A DNA stretch of 38,895 bases from a virus. The position numbers and the translations under genes are program-made. Below are positions 7,194-14,992 of this stretch, piece by piece. Within the stretch, counting starts at the first letter, position 1. Every line of letters starts with the position of its first letter. The notes under the pieces were generated by a model. It had not been told where the DNA came from, made no database searches, and was given only the letters and a program-made list of their open reading frames with translations. The stretch is from the UHGV virus genome UHGV-2195811; one strand, given 5' to 3'.

Positions 7194-7478
7194 ATGCAGC
7201 TAAACATTCCTGATGAAATTGTTCAAAACGAATTAGCAAATAACATTACTTTCATAGTATTAAAAGAAATTGAAAATCGTTTGAATTTATTTACTAAAAC
7301 CATTGAATTACCGCCATATCCTAACAAATCGCAAGTAAGAAAGATTTTAGAGATTGGCGATGAAAAATTGAATAATTGGATTTCAAAAGGTTTAAAAATT
7401 CAACAATGGAGTAATCAGGATATTCGGATTGAACGATCTGAATTACAAAGATTTCTAAAAGAAACTTTTGAAATTTAA
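7194..7478 (+). CDS. hypothetical early protein (94 aa)
   Basis: ORF starts 4 nt after the cro-like stop, SD AGGAGGTG. Confidence 0.5.
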   Translation: MQLNIPDEIVQNELANNITFIVLKEIENRLNLFTKTIELPPYPNKSQVRKILEIGDEKLNNWISKGLKIQQWSNQDIRIERSELQRFLKETFEI

Positions 7479-7492
7479 AGGAGGAAAAGAAG

Positions 7493-8206
7493 ATGGAAAA
7501 TCTAGTAATTACGAAAAAACAACAAGCAGTAACAACTAGTTTACAAGTTGCTGAAGTATTTGAAAAACAACATAAGCATGTTATTGAAGCAATAGAGGCT
7601 AAAATTCAATCGGCCGAAAATTCGGCTTATTACCAAAGTATGTTTGTTGAGGGAGAATATAAAGATTCTCGAGGTAGAAAACAAAGATTGTACTACATGA
7701 ATCGAGATGGCTTTTCTTTCATTGCATTTGGATTCACTGGGAAAAAAGCAGATTCATTCAAACTGAAATACATTGAAGCATTCAATCGAATGGAAAAAGA
7801 AATTCAACAGCTTAAATTACCAACCTCAAAGCGAGAATTAGCTTTACTAGCTTTATCAGCAAACGAAGAAACAAACGAACGTGTAGATGTAATCGAAAAA
7901 GAAGTAGCTGACTTAAAAAACAATCAAAAAATAGATGCGGGTGATTATAGCTATTTATCACGACGAGTTCATCAGAGAGTTGCAGAAGTGGCGAAAGGAT
8001 TTGGAAAAATCACAAAAGAACAGCGTAGCAAGCTATACAAAGATATTAATTCAGGCATTAAGCAAATTACTGGTGTAGGGTCTCGCTCCCAATTAAGAGA
8101 AAAACATTATGAAACCGTAATTGAATATATCAACGATTGGGAACCGTCCACAGCAACAAAAACAGTTGTAAGACAGATGAGTTTAGACTTAAACGACGTA
8201 ATATAA
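7493..8206 (+). CDS. Rha-family phage regulatory protein / antirepressor
   Basis: N-terminus TSLQVAEVFEKQHKHVIEAIE...RLYYMNRDGFSFIAFGFTGKKA fits the phage pRha domain. SD AAGGAGG. Confidence 0.75.
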   Translation: MENLVITKKQQAVTTSLQVAEVFEKQHKHVIEAIEAKIQSAENSAYYQSMFVEGEYKDSRGRKQRLYYMNRDGFSFIAFGFTGKKADSFKLKYIEAFNRMEKEIQQLKLPTSKRELALLALSANEETNERVDVIEKEVADLKNNQKIDAGDYSYLSRRVHQRVAEVAKGFGKITKEQRSKLYKDINSGIKQITGVGSRSQLREKHYETVIEYINDWEPSTATKTVVRQMSLDLNDVI

Positions 8207-8216
8207 GGAGAATATT

Positions 8217-8402
8217 ATGGCTTATACGATTGATCAAGAAGCTTGGATACTTAATCGAATCAAAAAAGAACGTAAACAGCTTCAAGATGATAGAGCAGCA
8301 CTCAGACAATCTGAACAATTAACGGAAAATAAAGCAGCTCAAATCGAAATAGAGCTTGAATTTTTAAGAGGTTTAGAAATTCAAAATAGAATTCATGCAT
8401 AG
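8217..8402 (+). CDS. hypothetical coiled-coil protein (61 aa)
   Basis: ORF with SD AAGGAG. Confidence 0.45.
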   Translation: MAYTIDQEAWILNRIKKERKQLQDDRAALRQSEQLTENKAAQIEIELEFLRGLEIQNRIHA

Positions 8403-8413
8403 GAGGAATAAAT

Positions 8414-8617
8414 ATGAATTACAAAAAAAGAAACATCATCCAATTATTGAAAGAAGACAATGTTTCACCAAGCGAATGTTTGGATTTGATTCATGATGTA
8501 ATTGAATATTATGAAGATCTAGGCGTTAAAGATTTACCTAAAAATGTAGACATTTATACATTTTTAGCTAGCACGTATTACTGGAAAGGATTATTTGATG
8601 GTTCTAATTATCAGTAG
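8414..8617 (+). CDS. hypothetical protein (67 aa)
   Basis: ORF with SD AGGAGG. Its 3' end overlaps the 3' end of the convergent gene 8604..9086 by 14 nt. Confidence 0.45.
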   Translation: MNYKKRNIIQLLKEDNVSPSECLDLIHDVIEYYEDLGVKDLPKNVDIYTFLASTYYWKGLFDGSNYQ

Positions 8618-9086
8618 GGTCTACTTTTTCAAAAGTAATACCACCGCCAATATGGATAGTAGATTTATCAAAACTTATGTTTTCAATTGTTTTTTTCAGA
8701 AGAATTCTAAAGTTTTTTCTAGATTCAGCTGTTGATAAGTCATACGTTGGGGTGTTGTAGCCAGAAACATCAAAAGGAAGTTTAGCTGTATTACTGTCTC
8801 TAATTTGAATGACTTCTTTACAGAGAGCACGTGCATACCCTAATTCATAGTATACGTTCGGATTGTTGCCAGATAGATCTGCAAGGATTAAATCTGCTTC
8901 TTTGATACAAAAATGAATTCGTTCTATGTTCTGTTGATTATGAAATTCTAAGTCAGCACGAATAATTTCGAATTCCAATTTATTTTCAGAAAAACAAAAT
9001 TGAATTTGATCTAGTAATTCGTCAGATTGTTTACGAATGTCAGAATTTTTCTCTCCAATTGGAGTTACAAAAAAACATTTTTTCAT
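8604..9086 (-). CDS. nucleoside 2-deoxyribosyltransferase-like (NDT/Rcl/SLOG-fold) protein
   Basis: N-terminal CFFVTPIGEKNS (glycine-containing phosphate/ribose loop). DLILADLSGNNPNVYYELGYARALCKEV has the catalytic Glu in the E-[IL]-G-[YF]-A context of NDT-family enzymes. Own SD GAGGTG and a TATAAT-containing promoter on the minus strand. Opposite orientation to the early operon. Confidence 0.6.
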   Translation of the reverse strand: MKKCFFVTPIGEKNSDIRKQSDELLDQIQFCFSENKLEFEIIRADLEFHNQQNIERIHFCIKEADLILADLSGNNPNVYYELGYARALCKEVIQIRDSNTAKLPFDVSGYNTPTYDLSTAESRKNFRILLKKTIENISFDKSTIHIGGGITFEKVDPTDN

Positions 9087-9179
9087 AAAATCACCTCATT
9101 AATTATTTTATTAGGGAGTTTCTGATAGTTAATTATAGCAAAGAATTATAAAAGCAAACAATAGCATAGGAGGTTAACC

Positions 9180-9374
9180 ATGAAAGCGATACGTGAAGCT
9201 CGACTGATAGGAACATTTTTAGTGATGATTGCGCTAGGAGCATTGCTGAAAAATCACTTTTCAACGCCAATACTAGCAACGCTAAGTGCACCTTTCTTTA
9301 TCCATTGGTTTTTTAACTGGGACGAGGCCAAGTATCAATACTCTAAAAAAAGAAGAGGAATTAAATATGAATAA
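9180..9374 (+). CDS. small membrane protein (64 aa, 2 predicted TM helices)
   Basis: SD AGGAGG. Hydrophobic stretches LIGTFLVMIALGALL and ILATLSAPFFIHWFF. Confidence 0.45.
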   Translation: MKAIREARLIGTFLVMIALGALLKNHFSTPILATLSAPFFIHWFFNWDEAKYQYSKKRRGIKYE

Positions 9375-9461
9375 AAAGAAACAAATAAAAAAACTACTCA
9401 CCGCATTGGCTATTGGAGTAGTCATTGGGCAGGTAGTTTTAATAAGAGTTGAATTTTATGA

Positions 9462-9632
9462 CTAATTCAATTTAGTTTTTGCACCGCAAGCAGGGCAAGT
9501 TACAGAGCTAGAAACTCCGCTAGGGAGTTTTCTACCACAATTGAAACAAATCAAATTTTTACGGACAGCCTTAGTAAGCTCACGTCTAATTTTAGCTTTA
9601 CTAGGGACTTTAACCTTGATTTTAACACCCAT
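9462..9632 (-). CDS. small zinc-ribbon protein (56 aa, CxxC...CxxC)
   Basis: Not in the track (<60 aa). Minus-strand translation MGVKIKVKVPSKAKIRRELTKAVRKNLICFNCGRKLPSGVSSSVTCPACGAKTKLN. SD AGGTGA 5 nt upstream. Stop overlaps the stop of a 32-aa plus-strand TM peptide ORF (9367..9465). Confidence 0.45.
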   Translation of the reverse strand: MGVKIKVKVPSKAKIRRELTKAVRKNLICFNCGRKLPSGVSSSVTCPACGAKTKLN

Positions 9633-9803
9633 AGTATCACCTACTTTCCATAAGTATTTGAATAAAGCTCAGTTGGCATTAGGTCTTTATTCTTTGTAAA
9701 TATATCACAATATACTGTATTAAATGTTAAGTTGATACTACATGTTGTATTTATTGTGTTACAAATGTTACGAAAATATGTTCGTAAAAAGGGAGATAAG
9801 ATT

Positions 9804-10001
9804 ATGTGGAAAAAAATAGAAGAAATTATGCAAGAAAAAGAGATGAGCCAATATAAATTAGCTAAAAAGATGAAGGTTCATGGTTCTGTAATTACTGAAT
9901 TAAAGAAAGGAAGAATTAAAAAACCAAGTTTTGAGTTAGCTTGTAAATTGGCAGATGCATTGGGAATTAGTGTAGATGATTTGAGGGATGATAAGAAATG
10001 A
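9804..10001 (+). CDS. XRE-family HTH protein (65 aa)
   Basis: MSQYKLAKKMKVHGSVITELKKG...LADALGISVDDL. SD GGGAGA. The track's upstream extension, starting at 9732, is hydrophobic junk. Confidence 0.65.
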   Translation: MWKKIEEIMQEKEMSQYKLAKKMKVHGSVITELKKGRIKKPSFELACKLADALGISVDDLRDDKK

Positions 10002-10021
10002 CAAAAAGGAGGCGATAAAAA

Positions 10022-10195
10022 ATGTATGTAGCTGTAGGTGAAGCTAGTAGAGAAACATATGTGATTGGAGAAACACAAGCGGAAGTCTTTAGAAAATTGC
10101 TCGAAGAATATCCATATGTTTCATTTGATGAAGGTGTTTATCCAGAGAGATTAAGCATAGTACAAAAAGAGCCCCAATCGTCTGCAAACGAATAG
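10022..10195 (+). CDS. hypothetical small acidic protein (57 aa)
   Basis: Not in the track. Strong SD AAAAGGAGG 8 nt before ATG. MYVAVGEASRETYVIGETQAEVFRKLLEEYPYVSFDEGVYPERLSIVQKEPQSSANE. Confidence 0.45.
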   Translation: MYVAVGEASRETYVIGETQAEVFRKLLEEYPYVSFDEGVYPERLSIVQKEPQSSANE

Positions 10196-10249
10196 GGCAA
10201 ATATTGAACAAAAAAATCAAAAATTATTAACTAAGGAGAGTATATCAAA

Positions 10250-10573
10250 ATGAACGAAAAAATTCAAAATTTATTAATGGAACTTGTAAAAGAATGCCAG
10301 AAAGGAGAAGTTGCTCTTGTTTTAGCAACTGTTGATCCAGAAAGAATGGAACCATCCAGTGTTTTACTTGCAGGTTCTTTGCCTGAACAAGCAATTGCAT
10401 TTAGTGAATTATTTGAAAAACTTAAAGAAGAAGCACTTGCTCATGATTGTGATTGTCCGCAATGTAAACAAATAAAAGAATCATTTATTGGTGCAGAATC
10501 ATCTTCAACTAAACAAAACAATGAGGAAAAACTAGATACATTGTTAAAAGATTTTTTACGAGGTGAGTTGTAA
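10250..10573 (+). CDS. hypothetical protein with CDCPQC motif (107 aa)
   Basis: SD AAGGAG. Acidic, helical. Confidence 0.5.
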   Translation: MNEKIQNLLMELVKECQKGEVALVLATVDPERMEPSSVLLAGSLPEQAIAFSELFEKLKEEALAHDCDCPQCKQIKESFIGAESSSTKQNNEEKLDTLLKDFLRGEL

Positions 10574-10772
10574 TGACTAGAAAAGAAAAGTTAAACCAAG
10601 CAAAAAGATTAGCTGATTTATGGTACAAGCAACAAAAAAGTCAACTATACATTGCGCAACAAAAAGAGCGCAGAGGGATTGCATGATGAAAAAAGCGACT
10701 ACGCCGCCAAGCAATTAGTCGCACACAAAAATTATACTAGAAAAATTGTAACACAGAAAAGAGGTTTTGTGA

Positions 10773-11105
10773 ATGAATCGTAGAGAAGCAAATGCACTAG
10801 ATAGATATTTAACAGAATCGCCTGAAACGCTTAGCGAAGAGGATAATGAAGAAATTAGAGATTGGAAAGACAATGTATTGACAATCTATGACGAAGTATT
10901 GGAAGTAACGCTTAGAGATACTATTTCAGGGAAAACAATTGAAAAGATTACGAAATCAGAAGATTACATGGAACTTATTCTTGATGAGTATAAAGATTGT
11001 ATTCCCATTAAAGTTACCTTTTTTGATGCAGGAGACTATATTCGATTAAATCCTTGTCGTTGGTCAGTTTGTTATAAAGAGGAGAGAGAACATGTCAGAA
11101 GATAA
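10773..11105 (+). CDS. hypothetical acidic protein (110 aa)
   Basis: SD AGAGG. 3' end overlaps the ERF start. Confidence 0.5.
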   Translation: MNRREANALDRYLTESPETLSEEDNEEIRDWKDNVLTIYDEVLEVTLRDTISGKTIEKITKSEDYMELILDEYKDCIPIKVTFFDAGDYIRLNPCRWSVCYKEEREHVRR

Positions 11106-11742
11106 AAAAACATTTGTAGAAAAACTAATTGCTGTGCAAACAGCATTAAAAGCTCCTAAAGGGCAATACAACTCGTTTGGAAAATATAAGTATCGATCAG
11201 CAGAAGATATTCTAAATGCTGTGAAGCCACTAAATGCAGAGCAAGGATTACTTTTGACACTATCAGATGAACCTTTGCTAATCGGAGATTGGCATTACAT
11301 TAAGGCAACGGCGACTATAACGGATGGCATTATAAAAGAAAGTTTCACCGCGTACGCTAGAGAATCACTTACCAAGAAAGGGATGGATGATAGCCAAATC
11401 ACTGGAACTGCTTCTTCGTATGCACGGAAGTATGCGCTAAATGGATTATATCTAATTGATGATACAAAAGATGCGGATACAGACGAATACAAGAAACAAG
11501 AAAAAAATGTAAAGAAAATTACTAAAAAACAATTGGAACAGTTGAGAGCAAATTTCCAAAAAATAGCTGCGTTAAAAAAAGTTTCGGAAAAAAGTGTAGA
11601 AGCTCAATTTCTGACGATTATAAAATTTGATGGAAAGATAGAAGATTTAGACACAGAAATACATCATAAGCTAATGGAATTAACCAATAGAAATATTCAT
11701 AAGCTAGAAAATGAACAATTTTTTAATGATGTGATGGAATGA
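11092..11742 (+). CDS. erf: ERF-family single-strand annealing recombinase
   Basis: N-terminus KTFVEKLIAVQTALKAPKGQYNSFGKYKYRSAEDILNAVKPLN is typical of ERF superfamily proteins. Sits at the head of the replication/recombination block. Confidence 0.7.
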   Translation: MSEDKKTFVEKLIAVQTALKAPKGQYNSFGKYKYRSAEDILNAVKPLNAEQGLLLTLSDEPLLIGDWHYIKATATITDGIIKESFTAYARESLTKKGMDDSQITGTASSYARKYALNGLYLIDDTKDADTDEYKKQEKNVKKITKKQLEQLRANFQKIAALKKVSEKSVEAQFLTIIKFDGKIEDLDTEIHHKLMELTNRNIHKLENEQFFNDVME

Positions 11743-12380
11743 TTGGAAAAATCATAAAACATAAAGGAAATAAATTAGCTATCGAGTTCGAGGAAGAAAT
11801 TAACTCAAATTTCCTCGATCTCTTAGCTAACAATGATGACAATTTGGCAAAAGTTGAACTGTTAGATAATCGGCAAATGTCTCAAAAACAAAATGCACTT
11901 TCTCATGTTTTAATAGCCGACATCGCTCGTTGGAGTTATGACGAGCCTAAATGGATAGAAGGGGTTTTAAAATATTACTACGAAGCTAAAAGCGGTGTGT
12001 ATTTTGAACACAGTAAGGCTACACGACATGAAGCAACAGAATGGATTAGTTTTTTAATCGAATTTATTTTGAAAAATGATGTGCCACTAGAAAAGAGATA
12101 CCAATACTTGCTAGAAAATAACAAATGGTTTTATTACTGCCTTAAATACCGTAAGTGTTGTATTTGTGGGAAACATGCCGATGTTTGTCATATCGAGGTA
12201 GTCGGTATGGGGCGAAATCGTCAAAAGATTAATCACGAAACATTTACTTTTTACGCTGGTTGTCGTCAACATCATCAAGAAGAACATCAGATAGGTACTA
12301 AGAACTTTTTAAACAAGTATCAAATTAAACCAGTAAAACTAAACGTTGAAGAACGTAAGAAGTTGAATATTGGAGGTTAA
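11739..12380 (+). CDS. hypothetical Cys/His-rich protein (putative zinc-binding; replication-module accessory)
   Basis: CCICGKHADVCH...CRQHH cluster. Translationally coupled to erf (ATGA overlap). Confidence 0.55.
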   Translation: MIGKIIKHKGNKLAIEFEEEINSNFLDLLANNDDNLAKVELLDNRQMSQKQNALSHVLIADIARWSYDEPKWIEGVLKYYYEAKSGVYFEHSKATRHEATEWISFLIEFILKNDVPLEKRYQYLLENNKWFYYCLKYRKCCICGKHADVCHIEVVGMGRNRQKINHETFTFYAGCRQHHQEEHQIGTKNFLNKYQIKPVKLNVEERKKLNIGG

Positions 12381-12432
12381 TTAGTGAATAAATAAAGAGA
12401 GGGAATTTTCCCCTCTTATCTAGGGAGGTGCG

Positions 12433-13344
12433 ATGATGGACTATATTAAGCAGATTTTAGCGTTTGACGATTATTTAATGTACAATCAGGGACTTTCATC
12501 TGGGCAAATTGCTTTATGGCGCGCATTGATGAGCATAAACAATAAAACAAGATGGAGTGAGTGGTTTACGGCAAGTAATCAAACGCTTGAAACTCTAGCT
12601 GGTCTTTCACGCCAAGGAATAAATAAAAATCGAAATGTATTAAAACAACTAGGATTAATTGATTTTCAAACCAATGGAAGAAAAGCAACTTCTTACCATA
12701 TATGTAAACTTTATACATCAGATAGTGTACAAGGAAGTTTACAAGAAGATGTACGTAAACTTTCTACGTCAAATAGTTTACAAGAGAGTGTACAAGACAG
12801 TTTACAAAGTAGTAGCGAAACAGTAGCGGAAAAGTGTACAACACAGTTGCGCAACAGTAGCACATTATATAAACATAAACAAAACATAAATATAAACGAA
12901 AACACAAACATAAATAATCATGAAGAAGATGTCGGTGTGCATGAGTTTATTCAAAGCCACTGGGGACAACAGCCCAATAACTTGTTGAAAGGTGCTTTAG
13001 GTCCATGGATTAGAGAATGGGGTCCAGAGCTAGTTTTGTATGCTGTTAAACAGGCTTATGAGTACAGCGTAGATATGAGATGGCTAAAATCATACGTGGA
13101 TAAAATTTTTGCGAATTGGAAAGATAAAAGCATAACCACGCTTGAAGAAGCAATGGAAGCGCAGAAAGCATTTAAAGCAACAAGCAAAAAAAATACTGGG
13201 ATTAGTAGCTATCAAAATAAACCTGTTCGTCACGAAAAGGTGCCTGAATGGATGAATCAAGCGAACGGTGAAGAAGAAAAGCTATCACCAGAAGAACAAG
13301 CTGAACTTGATAGACAAATAAAAGATTTTTTGGAGGGAAAATGA
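12433..13344 (+). CDS. phage replisome organiser with C-terminal DnaD/DnaB_2 domain
   Basis: N-terminal winged-helix-like region. C-terminal WGQQPNNLLKGALGPWIREWGPELVLYAVKQAYEY...WLKSYVDKIFANWKDK fits the DnaD-like domain. Internal peptide repeats SVQGSLQE/SLQESVQDSLQ are encoded by DNA iterons. Confidence 0.75.
   Translation: MMDYIKQILAFDDYLMYNQGLSSGQIALWRALMSINNKTRWSEWFTASNQTLETLAGLSRQGINKNRNVLKQLGLIDFQTNGRKATSYHICKLYTSDSVQGSLQEDVRKLSTSNSLQESVQDSLQSSSETVAEKCTTQLRNSSTLYKHKQNININENTNINNHEEDVGVHEFIQSHWGQQPNNLLKGALGPWIREWGPELVLYAVKQAYEYSVDMRWLKSYVDKIFANWKDKSITTLEEAMEAQKAFKATSKKNTGISSYQNKPVRHEKVPEWMNQANGEEEKLSPEEQAELDRQIKDFLEGK
12724..12842 (+). repeat. iterons AGT[GT]TACAA[GC] x6-7, ~12-bp periodicity (candidate ori)
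   Basis: AGTGTACAAGG / AGTTTACAAGA / AGTTTACAAGAG / AGTGTACAAGA / AGTTTACAAAG / AGTGTACAACA, read directly. Located inside the replisome-organiser gene, as in many Firmicutes phages. Confidence 0.5.
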
Positions 13345-13643
13345 TGGATGAATTAGTTAAATTAGTGGAAGAATGGGCGAAAGAAAAGCGTTTAGATAAA
13401 GCGGAACCCGAAAAGCAAATGTTAAAAGTGATTGAGGAAGTCGGAGAAGTTGGCGCTGCATTGGCAAGAAATAATGAAAATGATTTAAGAGATGGTATAG
13501 GTGATGTGGTTGTGACGTTAATTATTCTCGCTATGCAAAATAACATGGACTTATACGAATGCTTAAATCAAGCATATAGCGAAATCAAAAATCGCCAAGG
13601 GGAAATGGTAAACGGAGTATTCGTCAAAGAAGCCGATTTGTAA
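13341..13643 (+). CDS. MazG-like nucleotide pyrophosphohydrolase
   Basis: EEVGEVGAA...DGIGDVVVTLIILA core of the all-alpha NTP-PPase fold. ATGA coupling to the upstream gene. Confidence 0.75.
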   Translation: MMDELVKLVEEWAKEKRLDKAEPEKQMLKVIEEVGEVGAALARNNENDLRDGIGDVVVTLIILAMQNNMDLYECLNQAYSEIKNRQGEMVNGVFVKEADL

Positions 13644-13660
13644 GGTTCGAGGTGGAAGAG

Positions 13661-14086
13661 ATGCGAATTATTCTACCGATTGAGCCCAAGCCACAAAGTC
13701 GCCCGAGATTTGCAAGGCGTGGAAATTATGTTAAAACTTACGAAGATCGAGCGATGAAAGAATACAAAAATCAAGTAAAGAATTATTTTCGTAAATCAAG
13801 AGCAAAGTTGATTGAAAAAGGGCCAATTTCCGCACATGTGACGTTTTACATCCATCCGCCTAAATCTGCCTTAAGTAATAAACAGAAACGCTTAGAAGTG
13901 GAATTAGAGCGAAAATATTGCGATAAGAAACCTGACTTGGACAACTATTTCAAAGCAGTCACTGATGCTGCCGAAGGTATTTTATATAAAAACGATGGTC
14001 AAATTGCTGTGATGGTTTGCCAAAAGTTGTACAGTATGCGACCACGAACAGAACTAGAAATTACAAGTTTGGAGGAACAAGTGTAG
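13661..14086 (+). CDS. rusA: RusA-family Holliday junction resolvase
   Basis: RIILPIEPKPQSRPRF...KKPDLDNYFKAVTDAAEGILYKNDGQI matches RusA motifs. SD GAGGTGGA before ATG 13661 (track start 13652 is GTG). Confidence 0.75.
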   Translation: MRIILPIEPKPQSRPRFARRGNYVKTYEDRAMKEYKNQVKNYFRKSRAKLIEKGPISAHVTFYIHPPKSALSNKQKRLEVELERKYCDKKPDLDNYFKAVTDAAEGILYKNDGQIAVMVCQKLYSMRPRTELEITSLEEQV

Positions 14087-14246
14087 TGGGTAAAACGGGT
14101 AAACAGATCAAAGAGAATTATTCGGTTAGAAAGCGAGTAAAGAAGATGATTAAATTTAAAGAATTTAATATTCAATTATTCGACGTTCACATTTATATAA
14201 AAAGGCTAAGTAGTTTTAAAACCAACAAAAATAGTATAAAAAAACT

Positions 14247-14268
14247 AACTAGTTTCCGCTAGCTAGTT
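14247..14268. repeat. hairpin 1 with conserved loop TTTCCG (AACTAG-TTTCCGCTAG-CTAGTT)
   Basis: Inverted repeat read directly. On the minus strand, the hairpin is followed by TTAGTTTTTTTATA. Confidence 0.5.
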
Positions 14269-14373
14269 ATAGATACATTTTCATCTCAGATAGAGACAAT
14301 TAATAATACATTACTATGAAATTTAAGGCAACAAAAAAAGCCAGCTGACCACTAGCTGACTTATGTGGTAGAA

Positions 14374-14395
14374 ACAACTGTTTTCCGCCAGTTGT
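14374..14395. repeat. hairpin 2 with conserved loop (ACAACTG-TTTTCCGC-CAGTTGT)
   Basis: 7-bp stem. On the minus strand it is followed by a second hairpin (CAGCTAGTGGTCAGCTGG) and T7. Confidence 0.5.
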
Positions 14396-14776
14396 TCTTT
14401 AGGTGTGAGTTAGCACTTTCCCCAAATAAAGTGCTATTAAATAGCCGATTAAAAATCGACAATAAATCTCTTGTAGAGACGTGTACTACTATTAACTGTT
14501 TACCAGAAGTTAATGTAGAAAAGGAGGAAATTTATTTCATAAATAAAATCCCCAAGAAAGTTAAAGTGATTATACCATTGAAAAATAGATTTGAAAATAC
14601 TTTCTATGCCAAAAATATTTATTAGATGGAAAATATCAAATGAATAAAGATGATGTGAAAGATGACGAATGGAAGATTGTAAAATATTGTAGAATTATTA
14701 TTGTTTTCTTTATAGTCAACCAATAATTTGTTGACTACAAACATGTATGAGTGATGAATATTTTGATAAATAAATA

Positions 14777-14800
14777 GCCAGTCGGTTTCCGCCGACTGGC
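14777..14800. repeat. hairpin 3 with conserved loop (GCCAGTCGG-TTTCCG-CCGACTGGC)
   Basis: 9-bp perfect stem. Preceded on the plus strand by GATAAATAAATA. Confidence 0.55.
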
Positions 14801-14915
14801 TGAGAAGTGAATAGCTATTGGAATAGTATTCTTAGTATAATTTATATCATATAGAGTCGCTGATGAGCAAAGAATAAGCATTTCTTATATATGTTTGGAT
14901 AAATAAAAAAAGCTA

Positions 14916-14931
14916 CTTAGTTTCCGCTAAG
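14916..14931. repeat. hairpin 4 with conserved loop (CTTAG-TTTCCG-CTAAG)
   Basis: 5-bp stem. Preceded by GATAAATAAAAAAAGC. On the minus strand it is followed by T7. Confidence 0.5.
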
Positions 14932-14992
14932 CAACTCTTAAATGATGATATGTTTATTATAAATTATTATACCATAAAAGGAGCGATTTCAC

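Noticed and set aside
14017-14625. Track ORFs 14017..14262 and 14365..14625 in the gap upstream of the ArpU gene
   Set aside because: The first overlaps the RusA 3' end and runs through hairpin 1. The second starts inside hairpin 2 with no SD. The region is better explained as non-coding with structured elements.
14247-14931. CRISPR array (repeated palindromic units)
   Set aside because: The units share only the loop and not the stem sequence, the spacing is irregular (128/403/139 bp), and there are no uniform repeat-spacer units.
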